This document shows positions 1-8,227 of a DNA stretch of 64,000 nucleotides, in pieces. The notes under the pieces are model-generated. The model searched no databases, was not told the origin of the DNA, and worked only from the letters and a program-made list of their open reading frames with translations. Origin of the DNA: a virus; IMG/VR virus record IMGVR_UViG_3300029258_001887. One strand, given 5' to 3'. Both the position numbers and the translations under genes were made by a program. How positions within the stretch are numbered: the first letter of the stretch is position 1; the number at the start of each line of letters is the position of its first letter.

Positions 1-347
1 ACCTTGGCCGAGAGGAACTGTTCGAACTGGGTCGTCGTGGTCCGTATCACCGGTTCGTTTCGTTCCCAACCGAGGTTACCTGTGCGATTGATACTACATC
101 GTCTGAGGGTGACCTGATTGATGCCCTGGCCGATCCGGTCGGTGGCAGCAACATTACCGACCAGAAGATTTTCATCTGGGTCGAGGAAGGGACGCGGATC
201 AACCTGGGTGCAAAGAACAAGCTGGCTTCGGTTACTTATGGTGGGGGCGATGCCGGTGGTGGTAACGTCACTGTGACCTATAACTATTCGAATTTCAATT
301 CCTTAAAGGTGACTCACCCTCAAGACCCGGCTGGCCTTGCTACGTAA
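1..347 (+). CDS. 3' end of probable virion structural protein (tail tube-like), truncated by window start
   Basis: Open frame 3 (LGREELFELGRRGPYHRFVSFPTEVT...PAGLAT*) ending TAA 345-347, followed by an intrinsic terminator; product inferred. Confidence 0.6.
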   Translation, partial: LGREELFELGRRGPYHRFVSFPTEVTCAIDTTSSEGDLIDALADPVGGSNITDQKIFIWVEEGTRINLGAKNKLASVTYGGGDAGGGNVTVTYNYSNFNSLKVTHPQDPAGLAT

Positions 348-377
348 TCAATCGCATGTGTGCTTGTGACCAATGAG

Positions 378-404
378 GGGGCGGATTTTCCGCCCTCTTT
401 TTTT
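378..404 (+). terminator. Intrinsic terminator
   Basis: GGGCGGA-TTT-TCCGCCC hairpin followed by T-run. Confidence 0.85.
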
Positions 405-412
405 ATTTTCTA

Positions 413-442
413 TGAAACAGACACGGATGTTCGACGTATAAT
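413..442 (+). promoter_or_regulatory. Promoter, class TG(A/G)AAC-N18-TATAAT
   Basis: TGAAAC 413-418, TATAAT 437-442; same spacing at 4 other sites. Confidence 0.75.
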
Positions 443-458
443 ATACTGAAGGGAGAAA

Positions 459-1223
459 GTGATGGCAAAGAAGGAAACAATCGAGTACCGGAAAGCAAAC
501 AATCTGTGTCCGAGAGATGGCCGACCGAATGCTCCTGGGAGAAAGATGTGTGAACGTTGTTTGAAGAAGGCGGCTGAAAAAACAGAACGATATCGGCAGA
601 AAAAGATAAAAGCAAATCTGTGTACTAATTGTGGCATCAGTAAACCAGCAGGAACTTCTCGTTTGTGTGATCTCTGCAAAGAACGTGCAGCAGTATATCT
701 ACACACATCTCACACCCGTAGGTATGCTCGTCGTAAACAAGCTGGTCAATGCGTAGATTGTTCACAGCCATCTGTCTCTGGAAGAACAATGTGTCAAGAT
801 TGTTTAGATAAAAGAGCGGTCAATCAGAAAGCTAAAAGAGAATCGTTAATAGAACAGGGTTTGTGTGTTCAGTGTGGCAAGCAGACCCCTGTTGGTGATG
901 GGAAAAGGTGCGCTGATTGTGTTGAGAAGCGCAACGAATGGTACCAGGGGTCCACCACCCAGAAGAAAGACAAAGCTCGGCGAGACGCTAATAGGCTGGC
1001 TGTTTTGGCACATTATGGTGGCAAATGTGTCAAGTGTGGAGAAATGAAACCACATTGCTTGGCCGTAGATCATATTCATGGGGACGGGAATACTCATAGA
1101 CGAACCATCGGGAAACATGGCTCTGGATTTTTCAAATGGCTGGTAGACAATGATTTTCCAGATGGATTTCAGATTCTATGTCACAATTGTAACATGGAGA
1201 AGCATTTGAGAGGTAGGCGATGA
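459..1223 (+). CDS. Multi-CxxC zinc-finger protein with C-terminal HNH-like nuclease domain
   Basis: Repeated CxxC pairs; C-terminal CxxC..DH..G..HR...GFQILCHNCN; paralog of 17075..17638. Confidence 0.75.
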   Translation: MMAKKETIEYRKANNLCPRDGRPNAPGRKMCERCLKKAAEKTERYRQKKIKANLCTNCGISKPAGTSRLCDLCKERAAVYLHTSHTRRYARRKQAGQCVDCSQPSVSGRTMCQDCLDKRAVNQKAKRESLIEQGLCVQCGKQTPVGDGKRCADCVEKRNEWYQGSTTQKKDKARRDANRLAVLAHYGGKCVKCGEMKPHCLAVDHIHGDGNTHRRTIGKHGSGFFKWLVDNDFPDGFQILCHNCNMEKHLRGRR

Positions 1224-1429
1224 TTTACTTTGTTGTGGCTCAGAAAGAAGATAGTGGTAAGTGGGAGCTTTTCGGTCCTTGGGATTACATCGACGGAGCC
1301 GATGCCAAGATAGCCGAACTGGACGATGATCAGACGTATGCCCAGACCGAGATCGCCAGAGTGCTCACGGACGACGATAATCCCGACCGTGGCGAATGGT
1401 TGGAACACGACACCCACGATCCGTCGTAG
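1220..1429 (+). CDS. Small acidic hypothetical protein
   Basis: ATGA overlap with upstream stop, GAGG upstream. Confidence 0.65.
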   Translation: MIYFVVAQKEDSGKWELFGPWDYIDGADAKIAELDDDQTYAQTEIARVLTDDDNPDRGEWLEHDTHDPS

Positions 1430-1438
1430 GAGGCTGAA

Positions 1439-1810
1439 ATGAAGAAGTGGTTGATTTTGTTGCTAGTGACTATATTCATGTCTCCAGTCATGGCCGAGCG
1501 TCCGAAGCTGAAAGGCCCAAGCCGACCGAAGCCACGAAAGGTCACCCGCGTCGAAACAAGGCGGCATTGCCGTCATTGTCGGCCATATCGACTCAGACGA
1601 TACAGCAGGAGACCTAGCTATGTTTGTCGTCCTCCGCAGCAGATTATCGTCATCGTACAGCCACAGGCACCGCCTCCACCCAAGCCAAAAGCCGCTCCAG
1701 CACCGAAACATAAGACCATACATATCGGTTCCAGCCCACAACGAACCATGCCGAGGGCCAAAACCAGGAACCAAATTTTGAAGGAATCCCGAGCAAAAGT
1801 GCGATCGTAG
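1439..1810 (+). CDS. Secreted basic Pro-rich hypothetical protein
   Basis: AGGAGG RBS; signal-peptide-like N-terminus MKKWLILLLVTIFMSPVMA. Confidence 0.65.
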   Translation: MKKWLILLLVTIFMSPVMAERPKLKGPSRPKPRKVTRVETRRHCRHCRPYRLRRYSRRPSYVCRPPQQIIVIVQPQAPPPPKPKAAPAPKHKTIHIGSSPQRTMPRAKTRNQILKESRAKVRS

Positions 1811-1819
1811 GTGTATAAT
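1811..1819 (+). promoter_or_regulatory. GTGTATAAT promoter motif
   Basis: Recurs at 8627, 16317, 17645, 30963, 41170 (variants at 8132, 17044), mostly upstream of operon starts. Confidence 0.65.
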
Positions 1820-1823
1820 ACCT

Positions 1824-1895
1824 ATGAACGAGAGCAGTGAGCAGGCGTCAAAGTCGAGTTACGCCATCCTTGCGCGTCGTTCGCTACCTTGGTGA
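1824..1895 (+). CDS. Putative leader peptide A (MNESSEQASKSSYAILARRSLPW)
   Basis: 23-aa ORF between promoter motif and terminator; 6 Ser codons. Confidence 0.5.
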   Translation: MNESSEQASKSSYAILARRSLPW

Positions 1896-1896
1896 C

Positions 1897-1927
1897 CGGG
1901 GGTCTGAAAGACGGCCCCCGCTTTTTT
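1897..1927 (+). terminator. Intrinsic terminator / attenuator A
   Basis: CGGGGGTC...GGCCCCCG hairpin + CTTTTTT directly after leader stop. Confidence 0.8.
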
Positions 1928-1940
1928 CGTTGGAGGTTGG

Positions 1941-2255
1941 ATGTACAGGAAGTGGTTTTTCATCCTACCCCTGATCGTGTTTCTAGTATCGTGTTTGGAT
2001 TTGGGAGCCACCCTATACTTCAGTAAGACCAGCAAGAATTTCGAGGAAGCGAATCCTATAGCGTTGCGAGTATGGCATAACCATGGCGACATTGGATTAT
2101 CGGTATTCAAACTCACTGTCACTTTGGTGTCGTGCTACTATATGGGATGGGTGCTACGTTACAAAAAGCGACCTTGGCAGGTCGCTGTTTCAGTATTCGG
2201 ACTTGGTGGTTGTGCCCTCCTTATCGGATGGTGGATTTTCTGGTTTTTCTGGTGA
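1941..2255 (+). CDS. Small membrane protein, DUF5658-like
   Basis: Three hydrophobic segments, D..T...E.ANP motif, GGAGG RBS. Confidence 0.7.
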   Translation: MYRKWFFILPLIVFLVSCLDLGATLYFSKTSKNFEEANPIALRVWHNHGDIGLSVFKLTVTLVSCYYMGWVLRYKKRPWQVAVSVFGLGGCALLIGWWIFWFFW

Positions 2256-2282
2256 AACACAGGCCAGAGTTCCACGTATAAT
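2253..2282 (+). promoter_or_regulatory. Promoter, class TG(A/G)AAC-N18-TATAAT
   Basis: TGAAAC 2253-2258, TATAAT 2277-2282. Confidence 0.75.
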
Positions 2283-2328
2283 GATGTGTCGCAGACGTTG
2301 TTGAGTTTGGGTCCAACGGAGAGAAGAG

Positions 2329-2526
2329 ATGAAGCGTATTCTTGGTGGCCTGTTGGCCGTGTCGTTGTTGGTGTCGGTTGTCGGTTGTGCGTCGAATGGT
2401 GGACCGTATTTCCAGCGGTCGGCTGATCGCAGCGTTCATTCTCAGAGGGATCGGATTTACAATCCGGCTGATCTGCGACATGAGCGGCACGATACTGGCA
2501 TCGAAAGTCAGACGAACGACTACTAG
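2329..2526 (+). CDS. Small lipoprotein
   Basis: Signal peptide with lipobox VVGC. Confidence 0.65.
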   Translation: MKRILGGLLAVSLLVSVVGCASNGGPYFQRSADRSVHSQRDRIYNPADLRHERHDTGIESQTNDY

Positions 2527-2542
2527 GAGGTAGTCACGAAAT

Positions 2543-2894
2543 GGGGGTGAAAGGATTTCGACAGGGTCGAGGAAGGTTGTGTGGCGTGCCGAGGTTGTCA
2601 GTGGGCCTCGTAAAACAACTGGCAAAAAACCTTAAACGGCGAAGCTCGTTTTCGCATGGCTGCGTAAGTAGCCCGCTGATCGGAAGACTCCCGCTATTCC
2701 GTGAAGCGACGACCAGTGGGATAGTGTCGATCTGATACCTTGCCGGATCGCTACGAAACAACAGCAGGGCGTGGAAAAGCGAAAGCCTGTCGGTTGGCGT
2801 TCGTGGCTCCGAGAGTTAAAAAACTGACTACGCACGTAGAAGCAGAATTGGAATGACTTCTGGACCGGGCTCTCGGATGCCCGCACCTCCACCA
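2543..2894 (+). ncRNA. ssrA: tmRNA; tag reading frame (A)GEARFRMAA* at 2638-2667
   Basis: 5' GGGGGTGAAAGGATTTCGAC and 3' CACCTCCACCA form an acceptor stem with G3-U wobble; tag ending AA-stop; ~350 nt. Confidence 0.92.
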
Positions 2895-2908
2895 AAAGGA
2901 ACCATCTC

Positions 2909-3406
2909 ATGCTTGAGATGTTACGGCAGTATGCCGATAAGTTCTGGGCGAGGGTTGCCAAACGTGGCGACGATGAATGTTGGCTGTGGACGAAAGCCCA
3001 CGATCGCTATGGATATGGCAAGTTTCAGTTTCAACACAGACGGAAGAAACAATGTGTCAAGGCTCATCGTACTGCCTATATGCTTGTTCATGGTCGTGAG
3101 ATAGGCCCTGAAGAGTTTGTCTGCCATACGTGTGACAATCGTTCATGTTCGAATCCCGCCCACCTAGTATTGGGCGACAATGACTTCAATATGGCAGATT
3201 GTGTCTCAAAGGGGAGAGCGGCCAAAGGCCACAGGCACCCCAACGCTAAATTGACCGAGACACAAGTGGTTGAGATCAGACGCAGGGTTGATGCTGGCGA
3301 AATCCGGTCTGCCCTGGCTCGGGAGTTCGGCGTGTCAAAAAGCACCATTACTTATGTGATGGGTCGTGGTTGGAAAAATGGCTGGAGACACGTTAATGAC
3401 AGATAA
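2909..3406 (+). CDS. HNH homing endonuclease with C-terminal HTH
   Basis: CWLW..GYG..AHR..VCHTCDNRSCSNPAHL; AKLTE..V.EIR HTH. Confidence 0.9.
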   Translation: MLEMLRQYADKFWARVAKRGDDECWLWTKAHDRYGYGKFQFQHRRKKQCVKAHRTAYMLVHGREIGPEEFVCHTCDNRSCSNPAHLVLGDNDFNMADCVSKGRAAKGHRHPNAKLTETQVVEIRRRVDAGEIRSALAREFGVSKSTITYVMGRGWKNGWRHVNDR

Positions 3407-3674
3407 ATTAGAGGGTGTAAAGCGAATCCACTCTCGATTGATACACGCTAAGATACTTGTGGTTGATGACGACTTTCAGGATACCGAAGACGGTTTTCTA
3501 AGACAACATGCTGACGTTATTATGACGCAAGACGGAGTAGTGGTAAAAAGCAAACTGACCAGAGTTCCTGTTGAGGCCGATTTGGAGCAGTGTTCGGATG
3601 ATGGCCAACTGGCGAAGCTGAGAACAGCCATCATTGATGCTGCCAAGAAAATCCGTAGGATTGAGCTAGACTGA
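3396..3674 (+). CDS. Hypothetical protein
   Basis: GGAG RBS, TGATG coupling to next gene. Confidence 0.55.
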   Translation: MTDKLEGVKRIHSRLIHAKILVVDDDFQDTEDGFLRQHADVIMTQDGVVVKSKLTRVPVEADLEQCSDDGQLAKLRTAIIDAAKKIRRIELD

Positions 3675-4210
3675 TGAGAACACTGATCGACGCTGAACGT
3701 CTCCAGGCCAGGGTTTCTGATATGGCTCTGGAGATTGATTCGTATTATCAGAGGCAGGAATGGTATCGTCTTAGCAACGAACCAGTCGTCGTTATAGGTG
3801 TGATGACTGGCGCTCTGTTCTTCTTGGTCGATCTGGTCCGTCAATTGACTATTCGGACTGAGTTGGATTTGATGAGGGTATCCACCTATCCGGGTCGAGC
3901 TACTACAGCCCAAGAACCACGAGTGATCGCACCACCGACAAAACGATTACACGACTCTCATATTTTGTTGGTGGATGACATATTGGACACCGGCAAAACT
4001 ATTCAGACAATTCGAACTTGTCTAGCATGGCCGTACCCGGAAGATATCAGGACAGCGGTATTGTTGAGGAAACCTGACAAGGTGCCGCCCGACGTAACAG
4101 CAGACTTCATTGGGTTTGATATTTCCGATGAATGGGTGGCTGGTTACGGAATGGATGATCGGCATGGACGGCGAAGAGAAGTTCAAGATGTTTTTATAGA
4201 CGAGGATTAA
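3674..4210 (+). CDS. hpt: Hypoxanthine phosphoribosyltransferase-like protein
   Basis: PRPP motif ILLVDDILDTGKT; GVMTGALFFLVDL; WVAGYGMD. Confidence 0.88.
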   Translation: MRTLIDAERLQARVSDMALEIDSYYQRQEWYRLSNEPVVVIGVMTGALFFLVDLVRQLTIRTELDLMRVSTYPGRATTAQEPRVIAPPTKRLHDSHILLVDDILDTGKTIQTIRTCLAWPYPEDIRTAVLLRKPDKVPPDVTADFIGFDISDEWVAGYGMDDRHGRRREVQDVFIDED

Positions 4211-4215
4211 GCATT

Positions 4216-4785
4216 ATGCCGTCATGTGAACTCTGGAAAGATGTTACTGGATACGAAGGCAGATACCAAGTATCTGATTGTGGTTCTGTCAGAAGTTTAC
4301 CCAGGCCATGGCGAAAACAGTTGTTAATTTTGAAGCCTGGTAGAGATACCGATGGATACCAACAAGTTGCATTGCACAAAAATGGCAAAAGGGTCACCAG
4401 AAAAGTACATCAATTAGTGCTTGAGACATTCGGTGCTACTCGCCTATCGAAGGATGATGTAACCAGGCATCTGGATGGCAATAAAGATACCAACAGGATA
4501 GACAACTTGAAGTGGGGGAGTGTGGCCGAAAACGCAACGGATGCTGTCCAGCATGGAACATCACCGGGCTTTGGGAGTTGTGGTGAGAACAATGGGCAGT
4601 CAAAACTAACGTCTGACGACGTGCGTCGTATTCGACAACTACTCAGAACCGGAAAATACGAACAACAGAAGTTGGCTTCCTTATTTGGTGTTTCCAAGCA
4701 GACGATAACATTTATTAAGCAGGGGAAAACGTGGAAAGGTATTGGTGAACAAAATGAATCTGGACAAAATCAAGACAAGGGTTGA
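4216..4785 (+). CDS. NUMOD4-HNH homing endonuclease
   Basis: WKDVTGYEGRYQVSDCGSVRS; RHLDGNKDTNRIDNLKW; C-terminal HTH. Confidence 0.9.
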   Translation: MPSCELWKDVTGYEGRYQVSDCGSVRSLPRPWRKQLLILKPGRDTDGYQQVALHKNGKRVTRKVHQLVLETFGATRLSKDDVTRHLDGNKDTNRIDNLKWGSVAENATDAVQHGTSPGFGSCGENNGQSKLTSDDVRRIRQLLRTGKYEQQKLASLFGVSKQTITFIKQGKTWKGIGEQNESGQNQDKG

Positions 4786-5074
4786 TGAAATCAGTCGATC
4801 TACTGGCACCAAGAATCCGAAGGTATTGGTAGCCGAGTTGTGTGGTGTGATCAAGGGGCTTATCGGGGAACTTGAAAAGATTCAGAATCCTCCGGTCACT
4901 GTTTTGCCGAAGCGACTGCCGGAAGACCTTGAACTTCCGTTGAAATCCGAGCCGGTGGAATTGCCGCCGATGATGCCGCCCCCAACGGGTGAGCCGAGGC
5001 CGCAGTTTCCGTCACCGAATCCGAGTGTGTTGCCGCCGAGACGGCGCGAAGGGAATGCAGGAGACGCAGAGTAA
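4754..5074 (+). CDS. Pro-rich hypothetical protein
   Basis: ORF coupled (TAATG) to ligase gene. Confidence 0.6.
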   Translation: MNLDKIKTRVDEISRSTGTKNPKVLVAELCGVIKGLIGELEKIQNPPVTVLPKRLPEDLELPLKSEPVELPPMMPPPTGEPRPQFPSPNPSVLPPRRREGNAGDAE

Positions 5075-6036
5075 TGTTCGTAACCGAGCACACATGCGAT
5101 GTTGTTGAAGTCAAGCTGATGCCACACCCCAACGCTGATGCGTTGAGTCTGGTGATGGTTGGAGATTTCCAATGCGCTGTCCGCACCGCAGACTGGAATG
5201 ACGGCGATCTGGCTGTCTACATTCCACCGGACAGTATCGTGCCCGAGACCAAGGAATTTGAGTTTCTGGGCAAGCATCGCAGGATCAAGGCTCGGAAGCT
5301 GAGGGGCGAATGGTCTGTCGGACTACTGGTTCCTGCACCAGAAGGCGCGAAGGTGGGCGACGACTGCATGGAGCAGTTGGGGGTCGTTCATTATGAACCG
5401 CAGGTGCATGGCAACTTCAAGACCGGTGGAGACAATGTGACGCCGCCGCCTGGATTCATGCCAACATACGATGTGCTGAATTTCCGCAAATATTCTCGGT
5501 TGTTCCAGGCTGGTGAAGAGGTGATTGTCACCGAGAAGATACACGGAGCCAACGCACGATTCGCTTGTGTCAACGATGTGATGTACTGCGGGTCGCGCAA
5601 GTTTTGGAAGCAGGAAGACCCCAACAACCTGTGGTGGAAAGTGCTCCAGCAAAACACAGCCCTTGAAGCATGGCTGAGACATCATCAGGATTACGTGGTC
5701 TACGGTGAAGTGTTTGGGCAGGTTCAGAACTTGAAGTATGGATCGACCAATGGTGCTCTCTTCTTTGCTGCGTTCGACATTCTCCACGGCAATCGGTGGC
5801 TGGACTTTGACGAGGCGCACGAGATCGGTGCTCCGTTGCCTTGGGTGCCTTTGGTGCATCGCGGCCCATTTGACAAGGATCAGATATTGGCATTCGCGGA
5901 AGAGGACAGTTTGTGGCCAGGTGCGAAACATCATGCTGAGGGGGTAGTGGTTAAGCCGGTTCATGAACGCACCGATCCGCGAATCGGTAGAGTCCAACTG
6001 AAAGTGGTAGGTAACCGGTATTTGAGCAAGAGCTAA
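5074..6036 (+). CDS. ATP-dependent RNA ligase (DRB0094-like, N-terminal OB-like domain)
   Basis: Motif I EKIHG, YGEVFG, FAAFDI, EGVVVK, LKVVG; N-terminal PHPNAD. Confidence 0.88.
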   Translation: MFVTEHTCDVVEVKLMPHPNADALSLVMVGDFQCAVRTADWNDGDLAVYIPPDSIVPETKEFEFLGKHRRIKARKLRGEWSVGLLVPAPEGAKVGDDCMEQLGVVHYEPQVHGNFKTGGDNVTPPPGFMPTYDVLNFRKYSRLFQAGEEVIVTEKIHGANARFACVNDVMYCGSRKFWKQEDPNNLWWKVLQQNTALEAWLRHHQDYVVYGEVFGQVQNLKYGSTNGALFFAAFDILHGNRWLDFDEAHEIGAPLPWVPLVHRGPFDKDQILAFAEEDSLWPGAKHHAEGVVVKPVHERTDPRIGRVQLKVVGNRYLSKS

Positions 6037-6503
6037 TGTTACGGTTTGTTGACGGCAATATGTTTGATCTGGACGCCGACGTACTGGTAAATACGGTGAA
6101 TTGTGTTGGTGTCATGGGGTGCGGCGTTGCGCTAGCCACCAAACAACGGTATCCAGAGATATACAGGCGGTATCGTGCCGACTGCAAGAATGCCACGATA
6201 ATGCCGGGTGGCGTTTATGTTTATCGAGCCAATGACGATAAGCTCATTCTCCAGTTTGCCACCAAGGATCATTGGAGACAACCATCGCGGCTCGTTTATA
6301 TCCAAAATGGTCTTGATGCCCTGAAGAATATATTGCAACAGCAACCACATGGAACTGTCGTAGCGATACCGGCTCTCGGATGTGGGCATGGTGGCTTGGA
6401 CTGGGATACCGTCAAGGCAATGATCGAAAGTCGTCTGAGTGATTTGGATCACCTGGACATCCATGTTTTTCAGCCACAGGATTCCAGGGCATTGGGGAGG
6501 TAG
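6036..6503 (+). CDS. Macrodomain ADP-ribosylhydrolase, DarG-like
   Basis: GNMFD..LVNTVNCVGVMGCGVA..TKDHWRQPS..IPALGCGHGGLDW. Confidence 0.88.
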   Translation: MLRFVDGNMFDLDADVLVNTVNCVGVMGCGVALATKQRYPEIYRRYRADCKNATIMPGGVYVYRANDDKLILQFATKDHWRQPSRLVYIQNGLDALKNILQQQPHGTVVAIPALGCGHGGLDWDTVKAMIESRLSDLDHLDIHVFQPQDSRALGR

Positions 6504-6505
6504 AG

Positions 6506-6796
6506 ATGCCATACATCCCGAAAAAGGAACGTGAGAAATACGACTATCTGATCGATGCTCTGGCCCACATACTCAACACACGGGCCGACAGCGATGAACT
6601 ATCGGGAGAAATGAACTACGTCCTGTTTCGTCTGGCAAGGCTGTTGTGCGACGGCGAATCTGGCGGTAAGCGCGGATACGCAAGAATGGCTGTGGTGTCA
6701 TCTGCGCTCGCAGAAGCTCAGGCGGAATTCCGTCGTCGGGTGATGGCACCCTACGAAGACGAGAAAATCAGTTTGGCAGGAGATGTCGAACTGTGA
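6506..6796 (+). CDS. Conserved phage hypothetical protein (MPYI...PYEDEK family)
   Basis: MPYI, GEMNY, EFRRR..PYEDEK motifs; GGAGG RBS. Confidence 0.7.
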   Translation: MPYIPKKEREKYDYLIDALAHILNTRADSDELSGEMNYVLFRLARLLCDGESGGKRGYARMAVVSSALAEAQAEFRRRVMAPYEDEKISLAGDVEL

Positions 6797-6872
6797 GGGT
6801 TGGTAGCTCAGCTATGGTAAGAGCGTCGGTCTGAAAAGCCGAGCGTCGGTGGTTCGACTCCACCCCGACCCA
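6797..6872 (+). tRNA. tRNA-Phe(GAA)
   Basis: Cloverleaf; anticodon arm TCGGT-CTGAAAA-GCCGA. Confidence 0.95.
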
Positions 6873-6875
6873 TGA

Positions 6876-6949
6876 GGCGGTATAGCTCAATTGGATAGAG
6901 CACCGGCCTGTCGAGCCGGGTGGTGCGAGTTCGAGTCTCGCTACCGTCG
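6876..6949 (+). tRNA. tRNA-Asp(GTC)
   Basis: Cloverleaf; CCGGC-CTGTCGA-GCCGG. Confidence 0.95.
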
Positions 6950-6960
6950 TTGAATTTTGA

Positions 6961-7032
6961 TGCGGGGTGGAGCAGTGGTAGCTTAGCGGTTTCATAAGCC
7001 GAAGGTCGCCGGTTCAAATCCGGCCCCCGCAA
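6961..7032 (+). tRNA. tRNA-Met(CAT), initiator-like
   Basis: (T)GCGGGGTGGAGCAG start typical of fMet; GCGGT-TTCATAA-GCCGA. Confidence 0.9.
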
Positions 7033-7043
7033 GTCTAACTCTT

Positions 7044-7341
7044 GGCGACACAAGAGAGAGCATGAGAGAATCGCTTGCGATTCTCAAGAAATTGTGCCGA
7101 AACCGATGTCGCGGTAGTTAGCGGTGAACGCCGGAATAGTGACCGCCGAACGGAGTGCGAGGCCCGTATTGGTGACGGTTGTGCCGAATTGTTGGGGCGG
7201 CACACGACAGGTAGTCGGCTGTACGGCGGGGTGTTCCCGTGAAACCGCCAGCCCCGAATGTTAGGACCAGGGGCCAAAGTCAGTGTCGGCAAGGTTGGAC
7301 AATGTGACAGGGGACTGCTGGTCGAATCCAGCCCGTCGCCA
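7044..7341 (+). ncRNA. Unknown ~300-nt structured RNA with tRNA-like acceptor stem and T-arm
   Basis: GGCGAC...GTCGCCA terminal pairing; GCTGG-TCGAAT-CCAGC arm; several internal hairpins; no plausible ORF. Confidence 0.65.
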
Positions 7342-7371
7342 TTAGTTCCGTAAGGTTAAGGGAGAAGAAAG

Positions 7372-7671
7372 ATGTTGCGAGTAAGACAAGGTTCTGATGA
7401 AGTTGAAATTCGGTTCGACCACAAGTTTTGTCGGCCAGACGAGATAGAGGGGCTGACCGGTATCTGTGTTGACGAAGACCGTAGATGTACGTTGGCTACG
7501 CTGCAACTGAACGGATCGGTCATTAGTCGTGGGATGGCTGTGTGTCATCCGGCTGACAACTTCTGTCGGGCTACTGGCAGGAAAAAGGCTTTGGTCTATG
7601 CAATCCACCCTCTTGATAAGCAATTCCGCGCCGCTATTTGGCGTGAATACGAAGCCCAGTGTGGTTTCTGA
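7372..7671 (+). CDS. Conserved phage hypothetical protein
   Basis: G.A.CHP.D.F.R.TGRK.AL motif; GGAG RBS. Confidence 0.7.
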   Translation: MLRVRQGSDEVEIRFDHKFCRPDEIEGLTGICVDEDRRCTLATLQLNGSVISRGMAVCHPADNFCRATGRKKALVYAIHPLDKQFRAAIWREYEAQCGF

Positions 7672-7680
7672 AAGTGGGCC

Positions 7681-7869
7681 ATGGATACTGAATATATCAT
7701 TGTATCGGACGATGACGGACACAACTATGTGATTCCTGCCGACAAGTCGAAAGAGTGGAATCGTTGGCTTGACTCCCAAGATTGCCAAGGTGGTATAGTC
7801 CCGACATGGTGTGAATCCATCGGTGGTTCGATCAGCTTGGTGAAATTCAAGAGCTACCGTATTGACTAG
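7681..7869 (+). CDS. Hypothetical protein
   Basis: ORF in operon context. Confidence 0.6.
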   Translation: MDTEYIIVSDDDGHNYVIPADKSKEWNRWLDSQDCQGGIVPTWCESIGGSISLVKFKSYRID

Positions 7870-7878
7870 GAGATTGCT

Positions 7879-8139
7879 TTGAATCCAGAAGAAGCAAAGA
7901 AAATCAAGTGTGACCGTTGTGGAGCAGTTATCGGTCTCCATCGTCACTCGGATGGCTGGCGATGTCCGCAATGCATCTGGAACGAGCGCGAGAACTTGAT
8001 TGAGTGGGCTAGGTGCTTGCTGAGTGCGACCGATTACACGACCGCAGCCAACACCGATAGGCAAGCCGTCGTGGTTTCTCGTCGAACGATGGACGCCCTG
8101 GCGGAAGTTGTCCGCGAGGTTACCGCCACAGGTGTATAA
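7879..8139 (+). CDS. Zn-ribbon hypothetical protein
   Basis: CxxC...CxxC; AGGAG RBS, TTG start. Confidence 0.6.
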   Translation: MNPEEAKKIKCDRCGAVIGLHRHSDGWRCPQCIWNERENLIEWARCLLSATDYTTAANTDRQAVVVSRRTMDALAEVVREVTATGV

Positions 8140-8152
8140 GCTATGGGGATGC

Positions 8153-8225
8153 GCCCCTGTAACTCAATAGGAAGAGTACCTGTTTTGTACACAGGATGTT
8201 GGCGGTTCGATTCCGTCCAGGGGCT
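8153..8225 (+). tRNA. tRNA-Thr(TGT)
   Basis: Cloverleaf; CCTGT-TTTGTAC-ACAGG. Confidence 0.95.
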
Positions 8226-8227
8226 AT

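Noticed and set aside
2541-2735. 64-aa ORF in the ORF track
   Set aside because: Lies within the tmRNA; the real tag is in a different frame.
6768-7292. Minus-strand ORFs over tRNA/ncRNA genes (also 12645-12925, 13283-13573, 15950-16132)
   Set aside because: Antisense shadows of RNA genes with no RBS or recognisable protein motifs.
7044-7341. RNase P RNA, SRP RNA or second tmRNA
   Set aside because: No GAGGAAAGTCC or GGAAGG..CAGC signatures, no G3-U70 pair and no AA-stop tag frame found.
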